From an uncultured bacterium (GTDB taxonomy: Bacteria > Omnitrophota > Omnitrophia > Omnitrophales > Aquincolibacteriaceae), in NCBI GenBank assembly GCA_964434115.1, contig CAYSSX010000001.1, positions 165,855 to 229,854 of the forward strand: a DNA stretch of 64,000 nt. The letters are read 5' to 3'. Positions 35,145-44,022 of the stretch are shown piece by piece. A program made the translations under genes and the position numbers. A model generated the notes under the pieces. The model saw nothing but the letters and a program-made list of their open reading frames with translations, was not told where the DNA came from and did not search any database. Position 1 is the stretch's first letter; the number at the start of each line of letters is the position of its first letter.

Positions 35145-37534
35145 TAAGCCTTCTTCCCCTTCAGATTAAAGAGCGAAGGGATGCTGTATTGAAAATTCAG
35201 ATAATAGGTTCCGGGCTGGTCGAGATAAACCGCTTGAAAAAGGCCGTAGGCCTTTTCGACCGGCTGTTTTTTGCCGTTCACCGTGACGCTCCATCCGGAA
35301 TCCCAGGTCTGCATCCAGACAAAAAAGCCGGGTTCGGATACCGCCACCTGCCACGCCTCATTCAACGGCGAGGCGGGAATGAAATGCTGAATCACAGGAC
35401 GGACCCCGGATGCGGATCCCCGGCCCGGTCCGCTTTCCGGGAAATTTCTTTCAAAAAGCACCACATCCCGGGGGTCATATTCCGCGCTCAGGAGGCGGTT
35501 TTTAATTTCCTGCCACGACATGTCTCCCCGGTACTGGGAAGTAAAAAAATACGGCGGGTAGGCCTGAAGATTGCGGTAAAGAAAATAGTCCGGTCCCTTG
35601 GAAAGAAGGTCGAGTTTGGGACTGCGCATTTCGGCCGTGGAAAGGATGTGGGAAACGCCCATGGCGGAAAGAAGCGGAATCCTTTCGGCAACAAAGCCCG
35701 GTGTCGGCGTTAAGGCTTGATTCGAATCATTGATGTTCCCGAATAACCCCAGGGTTTCGTAATACCGCCCGGAGATCAACGGGGAATACGCACCGATGTC
35801 TTCAATCCCAAGCAGCATATTGACACTGGGGACCGTCGGGAGAGATTCATCCGGTTTACGAAACCCGTAGAGCCGGTTCAAAAGACCTGCTGCCTGTTCT
35901 TTCTGAAGCGCCTGAATGGCGGGGTGATGAAGGTTCTCTTCAATTCTCGCCGTGGGCAGGAAATCGGTCCGCAAATCCCCGTAAGAAAAAACATAAAGAT
36001 CCAAAAGAATGAGAAGCCCTGCCGCGGGAATAAAAAAACGGCGGCCGCGGAAAAAAAGAACCAGAAGAAGCGACGCCGTGATGATGAGAAAAATCCAGAG
36101 GTTCCAGCTGTAGAGCGGAGAAAAAATCTGTGCCGCGTAATCCAGATAGGCGTTTAATTTCTCCATATAAAAGGACAGATCATGCGGGTGGCCGGGCTGA
36201 CCGAGAACGAATTTTTCAACAAGTCCCCGGCCCGCGTTCTCAAACGCTGAACGGTAATGACGAACCGCGAATCCGGCGGTAAACAAGGTCCCGGCAGCGC
36301 CGCCCAATAAGCATGCGAAGGCTGCGGCTGTCCCTTGTGTTTTCCGTTCCCGCCGGGCCTCTTCGATTCTGAGATAGGCCTCAAGCCCCGCGGCCGCTAG
36401 CATGGCAAAGGCGAAGTTGATAAAAACAAGGAACTTGGCCGGTGTGCGGAAGGCGTGAAAACCCGTCAGCTTAATGAGCCCCACATAAAGCGGACTCCAG
36501 CGTCCGAGCGCCATGAGCAGCGCGAAAATTCCCATCGCGGCCCAAAGCTTGAAGAAAAGACTTTTGCGGATTTCGGCACGGGAAAAAGCGATCGCGGCAA
36601 AAAAAAGCGGAAGGATTCCGTTGTACAGGCAATGCCCGCGGAACAGGCCCTGAAAATGCGGGAAAATCCAGGTTGAAAACACCAGGGGCGAAAGGGACCC
36701 CGCGTAAGCATAACCTTCCGCAGCGCCGGAGCGGTTAGAAGCCAGCGCCAGCGGATACGTCAGCAAAAGCTGGGGGAAAATTAAAAGACCGATTCCGAGA
36801 GCCGAAACAAACAAGCCCCCCAAGGTTTGATAAGGATAGTTGCGGAAATGCGGGGTTTCGTCGCGTAGAAAAGTAAGCCGGAGCAAGGTGTAAAAGAAAA
36901 CCATCAGTCCGCCCAGGACCGCGACTTGCAGATACCCTGCCACCATCGACAGCGCTCCTGCCGCGGCGAGTCCGGCCAGCGCGCTCCGCGTGCCCCGCTG
37001 CAAGTAGCGCTCCAGTTGAAACAGCATGAAAGGAAACCAGCACAGTGTTTTCAGGGAAGTGACGTTGTAATACGCCCCGCCATAAGCCGTGCCAAAGACA
37101 AAAAGGCATGCCCCGAGAAACGAGCTCATTTTTTTCATCCCCATTTCGCGAAGATAGGCGTACGTGCTCCATCCCCCAATCCAGAAATGAAGCGGCAGCT
37201 GCCAGGCAAAGGCCTGTTTGACCGGGAATAATCCGAAGAGCGCCAGGTTGGGAAGATAGAAAATCCCGATCTGGCTTTCCGCGGCAATGGGAAATCCGCA
37301 TTGGATAGCGGTCGTCCAAAGCGGAAGCATGCCCTGCTTAAGAGAGCTGGCGAGAAGCGCGGCCCAGGGGTAATGCTGCTCCCAATGATCGCCGACAAGC
37401 GGCGCGGAACGGGCCAGAAAAAGTTCCGGATAAAAACCAAACAGAAGCAGCGCAAAAGTTAACGGGAAAAACCATGCGGACTCCGTGAAGGTCAGGCTTG
37501 ATGTTTTGGACGCCCTGCTTTTTTTCGCGGTCAT
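35144..37534 (-). CDS. YfhO-family membrane protein (GT-C-like, lipid-linked sugar transferase candidate)
   Basis: 796 aa and polytopic. The C-terminal periplasmic domain (WDSGWSVTVNGKKQPVEKAYGLFQAVYLDQPGTYYLNF) resembles the YfhO family. Confidence 0.55.
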   Translation of the reverse strand: MTAKKSRASKTSSLTFTESAWFFPLTFALLLFGFYPELFLARSAPLVGDHWEQHYPWAALLASSLKQGMLPLWTTAIQCGFPIAAESQIGIFYLPNLALFGLFPVKQAFAWQLPLHFWIGGWSTYAYLREMGMKKMSSFLGACLFVFGTAYGGAYYNVTSLKTLCWFPFMLFQLERYLQRGTRSALAGLAAAGALSMVAGYLQVAVLGGLMVFFYTLLRLTFLRDETPHFRNYPYQTLGGLFVSALGIGLLIFPQLLLTYPLALASNRSGAAEGYAYAGSLSPLVFSTWIFPHFQGLFRGHCLYNGILPLFFAAIAFSRAEIRKSLFFKLWAAMGIFALLMALGRWSPLYVGLIKLTGFHAFRTPAKFLVFINFAFAMLAAAGLEAYLRIEEARRERKTQGTAAAFACLLGGAAGTLFTAGFAVRHYRSAFENAGRGLVEKFVLGQPGHPHDLSFYMEKLNAYLDYAAQIFSPLYSWNLWIFLIITASLLLVLFFRGRRFFIPAAGLLILLDLYVFSYGDLRTDFLPTARIEENLHHPAIQALQKEQAAGLLNRLYGFRKPDESLPTVPSVNMLLGIEDIGAYSPLISGRYYETLGLFGNINDSNQALTPTPGFVAERIPLLSAMGVSHILSTAEMRSPKLDLLSKGPDYFLYRNLQAYPPYFFTSQYRGDMSWQEIKNRLLSAEYDPRDVVLFERNFPESGPGRGSASGVRPVIQHFIPASPLNEAWQVAVSEPGFFVWMQTWDSGWSVTVNGKKQPVEKAYGLFQAVYLDQPGTYYLNFQYSIPSLFNLKGKKA

Positions 37535-39237
37535 GACGGACTGCCCTCAAGAAGTTCCAGCACCGGGCTTTTCCGTGAGCGGTCATAATAACCGCGGAAA
37601 TACAGGCGGCCAGGCATGGCCTTCATCAAAGCGGTGTTTTTTTCCGCGCCCAGATCATGGGCGTAAAGAATCCGTCCGTCCAGAAAAGGACTATTCCGCA
37701 CCGCGTCTTCCTCACCCATGACAAGTGTGTCTCCCAAAAATCCATGCACAAAAACAATGGAAGGCGTTTGAAGGTTTTTTTCAGCCAGCGCGTAAAGCGC
37801 TTTGCGTTCAGCCGCGGCCTTGCCATGAAAAGCCGCCTGCTTTTGAAACAGGAAACCCTGGGCAAAAAAAGAAACCAAGAGGACGGCGAAGAGACTCCCC
37901 CGCCACTCGGGCCATTTTTTCCAGAGCCCGAGAAGAGTGACTGCGGCGGTGACGGTTAAAAACGGAAAGGCTTCATAATAATACCGGGGTCCCCATTGGT
38001 TGCCGCCCCAGGAAAAATAAAGGAAGTACGCCAAAGCCAGGCTGACCGGGGCCAAACGGAAACTCTTTTGGAGCGGTGTGAGCTTGAACCCGCTGAAAAA
38101 AGAAAGAAAATAAAAAATCACGAGGGCCGGGGCGGTCCAATCCATGAGGTAAAAAATCCGGGCCGCGATAAACCAGAAACCGTCCAAGGGTGTGTAGTCG
38201 CTCCGGAAACCCAGACGTTCCCAGGATTTGTCAAATTGATTAGGCGCTTTAAAAGGTTTTCCGGAAATCGTGAAATTCTGCCAAAGAATCAGGATAAAAA
38301 AGATCAGAAGAACCGCGGCCGCCGCCATTTCGTCCCGGGTGAGGCGTCTGCGTTTTATGATTGTGGTCAGGGGCGGAATCAAAAAAGGCAGTGCCAAGGC
38401 CGCGGTCGTGAGATAGCGCGTCATGAGTCCGTAGCCTATGGCGGCGGCGCAAAGCATGGCCCAGCCGGTTTTTTGATCGTTCCCTGCCTCGTTCCACCGG
38501 AGGAAGCTGTAAAGAAAAAGAGAGGACATGAGAAGGGCCGCAGGGTGGGAAAAATAAGCCGCGCCCGTGAACAGGAAGAAAGGGGCCGTGAGCGCGAGAA
38601 GAAGTCCGAGGACCGCAGCGCTGCGGTCAAAAATCCGGCGCGCGGAAGCGAGAAAGAGCGGCAGGCTGAGGGCCGTCAAAACGGGATTCACCCAGTGGGT
38701 CAACCCTGCCGAAATTCCAAACGACCAGATCAGCGGCCAGCCCGGCGGATAAACACTGAACCATTTCCCCGCTTTGTTTCCAATATGGGTCACATTAAAA
38801 AATTCGGATAAGGCGTGCGGCGGCACCCACAATTTCCCTTTTCTCAGGCATTCGGCAAGAAAATAACAGGAATGTTCATCCGCGGAACTCATGAAACCGT
38901 GAAGCACGGCCTGATTGACCCCGTAAAGGACAAAGGCTGCGGCCGGCACTGCGGCAAAAGAAAAAAGCATGAAAAGCCCTTTGGGAAATTCGCCTTCCAA
39001 GGGATGCGTTTTGAAAAAGCCCGAAAGGAAAAAACCCAGAGCCGCGGCCAGAAGCGACAGTCCTAAGAAAAGCATGGCGTCAGAAGTGATGAAACTATGC
39101 CGGCCTAAAATGATTTCCCAGTTTGGGACCGACGGGCTCAGAACCGTGAAAAAGACTCCGGCAAGAGAAAGCACCGCAAGCAGAAATCCATTTTTTCCGG
39201 ATTTTTTTTTCTCAAGAAGATCCTTAGGCGTCATCAC
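37531..39237 (-). CDS. GT-C fold membrane glycosyltransferase, ArnT/PMT_2 (GT39-like) family
   Basis: 568 aa. An Asp-Glu pair (ADEH) lies in the first loop, and ArnT-like transmembrane architecture follows. The 4-bp overlap with the gene after it suggests translational coupling. Confidence 0.6.
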   Translation of the reverse strand: MMTPKDLLEKKKSGKNGFLLAVLSLAGVFFTVLSPSVPNWEIILGRHSFITSDAMLFLGLSLLAAALGFFLSGFFKTHPLEGEFPKGLFMLFSFAAVPAAAFVLYGVNQAVLHGFMSSADEHSCYFLAECLRKGKLWVPPHALSEFFNVTHIGNKAGKWFSVYPPGWPLIWSFGISAGLTHWVNPVLTALSLPLFLASARRIFDRSAAVLGLLLALTAPFFLFTGAAYFSHPAALLMSSLFLYSFLRWNEAGNDQKTGWAMLCAAAIGYGLMTRYLTTAALALPFLIPPLTTIIKRRRLTRDEMAAAAVLLIFFILILWQNFTISGKPFKAPNQFDKSWERLGFRSDYTPLDGFWFIAARIFYLMDWTAPALVIFYFLSFFSGFKLTPLQKSFRLAPVSLALAYFLYFSWGGNQWGPRYYYEAFPFLTVTAAVTLLGLWKKWPEWRGSLFAVLLVSFFAQGFLFQKQAAFHGKAAAERKALYALAEKNLQTPSIVFVHGFLGDTLVMGEEDAVRNSPFLDGRILYAHDLGAEKNTALMKAMPGRLYFRGYYDRSRKSPVLELLEGSPS

Positions 39238-40985
39238 AAGGGGTCCTTATCCAGAGAAAGCTTGTAAACTTCAAGAAGCGGGCCGGCCAGACGGCGGGCA
39301 CTTAACTCTTTGCTTAAAAAAGGCGCTCCGGTCATGGCGTAAGGATCAAAAGACGCGGCAATTAAAGAATCCCGGAAGGGCGTGAAACGGGCTACGGGCT
39401 CCAAAGCCGGAAGCGTTTTGAGAAATGCGGAAAGCCTCGCCTCATCATGGCCTCTTTCCACCACCACGTAGGAAATGCCCAGGCCTCGGAGTTTTTCAGC
39501 GTCATACGGCACGGGTTCAGGAGCCAGCACAAAAACCGGCCCGGGATTTTCATCGTGAGTGAGCTGGTACAGCCTGTAACCCGGCCGCTGGCCGGCCTTG
39601 TCCCAAAGAAATTGAAGACGTCTTTTCTGGACTTCAGGAAACGCGCCTGAAGATTCAATCCGGCTGAGTTTTTCCCGCAGGGAATCTTCGGACCAGGCAA
39701 GGCGGGGTCCGTAAAAAGGCACACTCAAAGCAACCCCCGAGTTTTTGGGAAGATGCCTTTCTATCCAGTTTTTTGCGTCTGTCCGGGTGTCCCCCGCTGT
39801 AAGAATGCCGCCCAGCTGAATGGATTTTTGAAGCGGCTGAAAAAGGGCTGCAAGCAAAAAGCCCGTGGTCAGAAGTGTTTTAAAAAACGGTTTCTGAACT
39901 GCCGCGGTTAAAGAGAAAATGGAATCCGCGGCAAAAAAGGCAATGAAAGGAGTGAGCGGGAGAGTGTAACGGTCATACAATTGTCCTCCCAGAACAAGAA
40001 CAACATAATAGGAAAGAACGAAAGACAGAAGAACAAAACGGGCCTTGATGGAAACCGGGGCTCCTTGGGGGCGGATTAAAGAGACCATTCCGGCAAGCGC
40101 AAACCCCAGCATCAGTGAGCCTGTCCCTTCCAGGGCTGAGTAAAGCAAGGGGTGCATCCAGGGAACTCCCCCGGCATGCGCGGCGCCTTCCGCCGCTAAC
40201 TCGTTGCAGAAAAACTGAAAATCAAGCGCGGCAAACGGGTTCAAAATAATAAAGACGGCCAAGGAACACAGGCCCGCTAAAAAAATTCCGGCGAGCGGAA
40301 TTTTCTTTGATTCAGCGGCTTGAAACAGGCACGCGGCCCCATAAGGCACGACGAGAAACACCCCGTTGTATTTGAAGGCCGCCGCGAGGCCTATCCAAAA
40401 ACCGCAAAGCAAATGCCTTTTCAGGGAAGAAGCTTCCGGCTTGGCGTCCAGCAGATTAAAAAAAGATCCCATGGCCGCGGTCAGAACAGCAAGAAGCGGC
40501 ATATCCGTGTAAATATAATGAGAGTCGCGCACATGAAGAAAACATACCGCGAGAAGTAAAGCCGCGGCCAAGGCCCTGCCCTCGCCAAAAATCCTCATGG
40601 TCACGCGGTACAGAAAAAAGATGCCAAGGACGCCGGGCAGAACACCGAGGACGACGCGCCCTATCCAATAAAACGCCGTGGGGTCCGAGTAAAAAAGCCG
40701 CTCAAAGTCAGACGGTGCGTAGAAAACCCCGGACAGCTTTCCCGCCAGAAAAAAAAGTCCGTAAAAAAGAAAAAGGAGGTAACTCGTGAGCGGCGGAATC
40801 CGGAAAAAATGCGGGTGAAGGTCGCCTGAGCCGTAAGCCAGGGCGTGATTGACGACAATGGGTTCATCCGCGTGATACAGGTCAGGCAGGCCGAAGGAGA
40901 TTCCCCAGATCCGAAGTGCGAATCCCAGGAGAAGAATGGCCGTTAAAGCAAGCGTGATTGAGCCCGAGGACCGGATTGAGTTCAT
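39234..40985 (-). CDS. GT-C fold membrane glycosyltransferase, ArnT/PMT_2 (GT39-like) family
   Basis: LYHADEPIVVNHAL DE-motif loop and R...F...A..LLLAV helix. The internal ATG at 40985 shares a base with the TGA of the GT2 gene (TGATG). The 32-aa extension in the track is spurious. Confidence 0.7.
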   Translation of the reverse strand: MNSIRSSGSITLALTAILLLGFALRIWGISFGLPDLYHADEPIVVNHALAYGSGDLHPHFFRIPPLTSYLLFLFYGLFFLAGKLSGVFYAPSDFERLFYSDPTAFYWIGRVVLGVLPGVLGIFFLYRVTMRIFGEGRALAAALLLAVCFLHVRDSHYIYTDMPLLAVLTAAMGSFFNLLDAKPEASSLKRHLLCGFWIGLAAAFKYNGVFLVVPYGAACLFQAAESKKIPLAGIFLAGLCSLAVFIILNPFAALDFQFFCNELAAEGAAHAGGVPWMHPLLYSALEGTGSLMLGFALAGMVSLIRPQGAPVSIKARFVLLSFVLSYYVVLVLGGQLYDRYTLPLTPFIAFFAADSIFSLTAAVQKPFFKTLLTTGFLLAALFQPLQKSIQLGGILTAGDTRTDAKNWIERHLPKNSGVALSVPFYGPRLAWSEDSLREKLSRIESSGAFPEVQKRRLQFLWDKAGQRPGYRLYQLTHDENPGPVFVLAPEPVPYDAEKLRGLGISYVVVERGHDEARLSAFLKTLPALEPVARFTPFRDSLIAASFDPYAMTGAPFLSKELSARRLAGPLLEVYKLSLDKDPL

Positions 40986-41698
40986 CAACGAAGGTGCATA
41001 AGGCGGATCTTCAAAATATCGAGAAACATCAGCATGGGGTCTAGCAGAAGGCGGACACGCGTCTGCGCCGAATGCCTCCACACCACGGGTTTCTCAAAAA
41101 CTTTGTAGCCGCATTTTTGCGCTAAATAAATGATTTCCACGTCAAAACTGAAACCCTCGATTTTTTGCAGGGTAAATAATTTGTGGGCCGCTTCCCTGCG
41201 AAAACACTTAAAGCCGCACTGGGAATCCTCAATGCCTTTGAAGGTCAAAAAACGGGCGATGCGGTTGAAGACCTTGCCCATCCACTCCCTGAAAAATTCC
41301 TGACGCACTTCAATCTTCGACCGGTCAAGCGCGCGGGAACCGATCACAACGTCCTGATCTTTTTTCAGAAGCTCAAGAAATCCCATGATTTCTTCGATCG
41401 GGGTCGAGAGGTCGGCATCGGAAAATAAAATATAATTTCCCCTGCCGGCAAGCATGCCCAGTTTAACCGCGTGGCCTTTGCCCCGGTTGGGACGGGTTTC
41501 GATGATTTTGTGCTCAATGTTCTGGAGACAGCGGCGGGCCACTTCGACGGTACCGTCGGAACTGCCGTCATCGGAAACAATGATTTCGTAGCGCAGCCCC
41601 TGCGAGTTCAGGAAATGGATAATCTCGCGAAGCGTTTTTTCAATGCGCTTCTCTTCATTGTATGCGGGGATAACGACGGAAAGGTCGAGTTCTGACAC
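40985..41698 (-). CDS. GT2 polyprenol-phosphate glycosyltransferase (ArnC/GtrB/dolichyl-phosphate glucosyltransferase-like)
   Basis: SVVIPAYNEE, SDDGSSDGT and SDADLS (DXD); 237 aa. Confidence 0.85.
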   Translation of the reverse strand: MSELDLSVVIPAYNEEKRIEKTLREIIHFLNSQGLRYEIIVSDDGSSDGTVEVARRCLQNIEHKIIETRPNRGKGHAVKLGMLAGRGNYILFSDADLSTPIEEIMGFLELLKKDQDVVIGSRALDRSKIEVRQEFFREWMGKVFNRIARFLTFKGIEDSQCGFKCFRREAAHKLFTLQKIEGFSFDVEIIYLAQKCGYKVFEKPVVWRHSAQTRVRLLLDPMLMFLDILKIRLMHLR

Positions 41699-41729
41699 CG
41701 CAGCTCACCTGGAGGTTAAGAGGTTGAGA

Positions 41730-42683
41730 TTAAGCCGGACTTACAGGCTGTTTTTGACGAAAATACTCAATCGTGGATTTGAGACCGTCCTGCAATGCGA
41801 TTTTGGGTTCCCAGCCAAAAGCCTTCCGGGCCTTGGTGATATCGGGCTGGCGGATTTTGGGATCATCGACGGGCAGCGGTTTGTAATCAATGCGGCTCTG
41901 ACTGCCGGTCATACGGATAATGGTTTCCGCAAGCTGAAGAATCGTCATTTCATTGGGGTTCCCCAGATTAACGGGGTCGTTGATATCGGAAAAAAGGACA
42001 TGGGTCAAACCTTCGACCAGGTCCGAGACATAACAAAAACTGCGTGTCTGGTTTCCGCTTCCAAAAACGGGAATGGCTTCATTTTTCAACGCGGCTGAAA
42101 TAAATTCAGGAATCGCGCGGCCGTCACGAAGGCGCATGCGGGGGCCGTACGTATTGAAAATACGGATGATTTTGGTATTCAGTCCATGGTAGGTGTGATA
42201 GGCCATGGTCATGGCCTCGGCAAAGCGTTTGGCCTCGTCATACACGCCGCGGGGACCTACGGGATTCACATTCCCCCAGTAAGTCTCTTTCTGCGGGTGA
42301 ACCAGCGGATCGCCGTAAACTTCCGAAGTCGAGGCGATCAGAAACGTCGCCTTCTTGGCCTTGGCAAGTCCCAAAGCATTGTGGGTTCCGAGCGCGCCGA
42401 CTTTCAACGTAGGAATCGGGTATTGAAGGTAATCCACGGGGCTTGCCGGAGACGCGAAATGAAGAACGTAATCCACCGGCCCGGCATAGTCGATGTGGTC
42501 ACTGACATTTTGCTCCAGCAGCGTGAAGCGGGGCTCTGTTTTCAGATGCGCGATATTGTCGCGGTTACCTGTCAAAAAGTTGTCCACGCAGACCACGCGG
42601 AAGCCTTTGTTCAAATAAAAATCACACAAATGGGAGCCGATAAAGCCTGCTCCCCCTGTAATTAAAACAATCTTTTCAGACAT
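41730..42683 (-). CDS. uxs: UDP-glucuronate decarboxylase (UDP-xylose synthase / ArnA-decarboxylase-like extended SDR)
   Basis: [32 protein letters not shown] and [10 protein letters not shown]. This is a strong UXS signature. Confidence 0.85.
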   Translation of the reverse strand: MSEKIVLITGGAGFIGSHLCDFYLNKGFRVVCVDNFLTGNRDNIAHLKTEPRFTLLEQNVSDHIDYAGPVDYVLHFASPASPVDYLQYPIPTLKVGALGTHNALGLAKAKKATFLIASTSEVYGDPLVHPQKETYWGNVNPVGPRGVYDEAKRFAEAMTMAYHTYHGLNTKIIRIFNTYGPRMRLRDGRAIPEFISAALKNEAIPVFGSGNQTRSFCYVSDLVEGLTHVLFSDINDPVNLGNPNEMTILQLAETIIRMTGSQSRIDYKPLPVDDPKIRQPDITKARKAFGWEPKIALQDGLKSTIEYFRQKQPVSPA

Positions 42684-42711
42684 AATTCCTCTTAATGGGG
42701 GCTGATGGGGT

Positions 42712-44022
42712 TTATTTCTTGCTGCTTCGCCCTATGCCGTAATAGTCGAAGCCGAGGTTTTTAATTTCTTCCGGATCGTAGAGATTACGTCCGTCAAAAA
42801 TGACCGGTGACTTCAGAAGACGTTTGATTTTTTTCATGTCCAGCGTTTTGAATTCTTTCCAGTCCGTCAGTACGGCGAGCGCATCCGCTCCGCGGCAGAC
42901 TTCGTAAGCGCTCGAAGTAAACTGAACACCCTTGAAAAGCGGCTTCGCCTTTTCCATGGCTTCAGGGTCATAGGCGCGGATTTTCACACCTTCCTTCTGA
43001 AGGGCTTCAATGATTTCGATAGACGGCGCAAAACGCATATCGTCTGTATTGCCTTTGAAGGCCAAACCCAGAACACCGATTGTTTTTCCGCGCAGATTCC
43101 AGAGAACCCGCTCGATCAGCTGAACATAGTAAAGCTTCTGGGTGTCATTGATTTCGAGGACTTCTTTAAGCATGTTGAAAGGGACGCCCAGGGATTTGGA
43201 CATGTGGTAGAAAGCGGCAAGGTCTTTCGGAAAACAGAATCCGCCAAAACCGATTCCGGCTTTAAGGAAACTGGCCCCAATGCGCGGGTCAAGGCCCATA
43301 CCCCTTGAAACCTGCTCAATGTCCGCGCCCACAGCATCACAGACGCGGGCGACCATATTAATGAAAGAGATTTTTGTAGCGAGAAAGGAATTAGAGGCAT
43401 GTTTGATGATTTCCGCGCTCTTGATGTCTGTCACCACTAAAGGGGCCTTCACCGGCGCGTAGAGTTTGCGGAGCAGATCCTCAGCGCGGCGGCTGGAAAC
43501 GCCGACCACGATGCGGTCCGGTTTCAAAAAATCTTCAATGGCCGACCCTTCGCGGAGAAACTCGGGGTTGGAGGCAACGTCAAAATCGACTTTGCGGCGG
43601 TGATTGGCCTTGATCGTTTTGTAAACCCGTTCCCCGGTTTGCACAGGGACCGTGCTTTTTTCAACCACCAGGCAGTAATGCGTGAGGTTGCGCGCGATTT
43701 CCCGGGAAACATTTTCCACATAGGAGAGATCCGCGCCGCCGTCATCCCGCGGCGGGGTATTGACGCAGATGAAAATGACTTCGGAAGTTTTAACGGCATC
43801 GGCAATCGAGCTGGTAAAAGTGATTTTTTTCTTTTTCCGGGCCGCCTTGATCATTTCAGAGAGTCCCGGTTCGTAAATCGGAACTTTCCCTTTTCTGAGG
43901 ATCGCGAGTTTTTTCGGGTCGTTATCCACGCAGGTGACCTGGTGTCCGAGATGCGCGAAACAGGCTCCCGTTACAAGCCCGACATAACCCGATCCGATAA
44001 TTCCGACTTTAATACTGGCCAT
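42712..44022 (-). CDS. ugd: UDP-glucose 6-dehydrogenase
   Basis: [13 protein letters not shown] and the [10 protein letters not shown] catalytic Cys motif. The start is set at the internal ATG at 44022, just after the lptD stop. Confidence 0.9.
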   Translation of the reverse strand: MASIKVGIIGSGYVGLVTGACFAHLGHQVTCVDNDPKKLAILRKGKVPIYEPGLSEMIKAARKKKKITFTSSIADAVKTSEVIFICVNTPPRDDGGADLSYVENVSREIARNLTHYCLVVEKSTVPVQTGERVYKTIKANHRRKVDFDVASNPEFLREGSAIEDFLKPDRIVVGVSSRRAEDLLRKLYAPVKAPLVVTDIKSAEIIKHASNSFLATKISFINMVARVCDAVGADIEQVSRGMGLDPRIGASFLKAGIGFGGFCFPKDLAAFYHMSKSLGVPFNMLKEVLEINDTQKLYYVQLIERVLWNLRGKTIGVLGLAFKGNTDDMRFAPSIEIIEALQKEGVKIRAYDPEAMEKAKPLFKGVQFTSSAYEVCRGADALAVLTDWKEFKTLDMKKIKRLLKSPVIFDGRNLYDPEEIKNLGFDYYGIGRSSKK

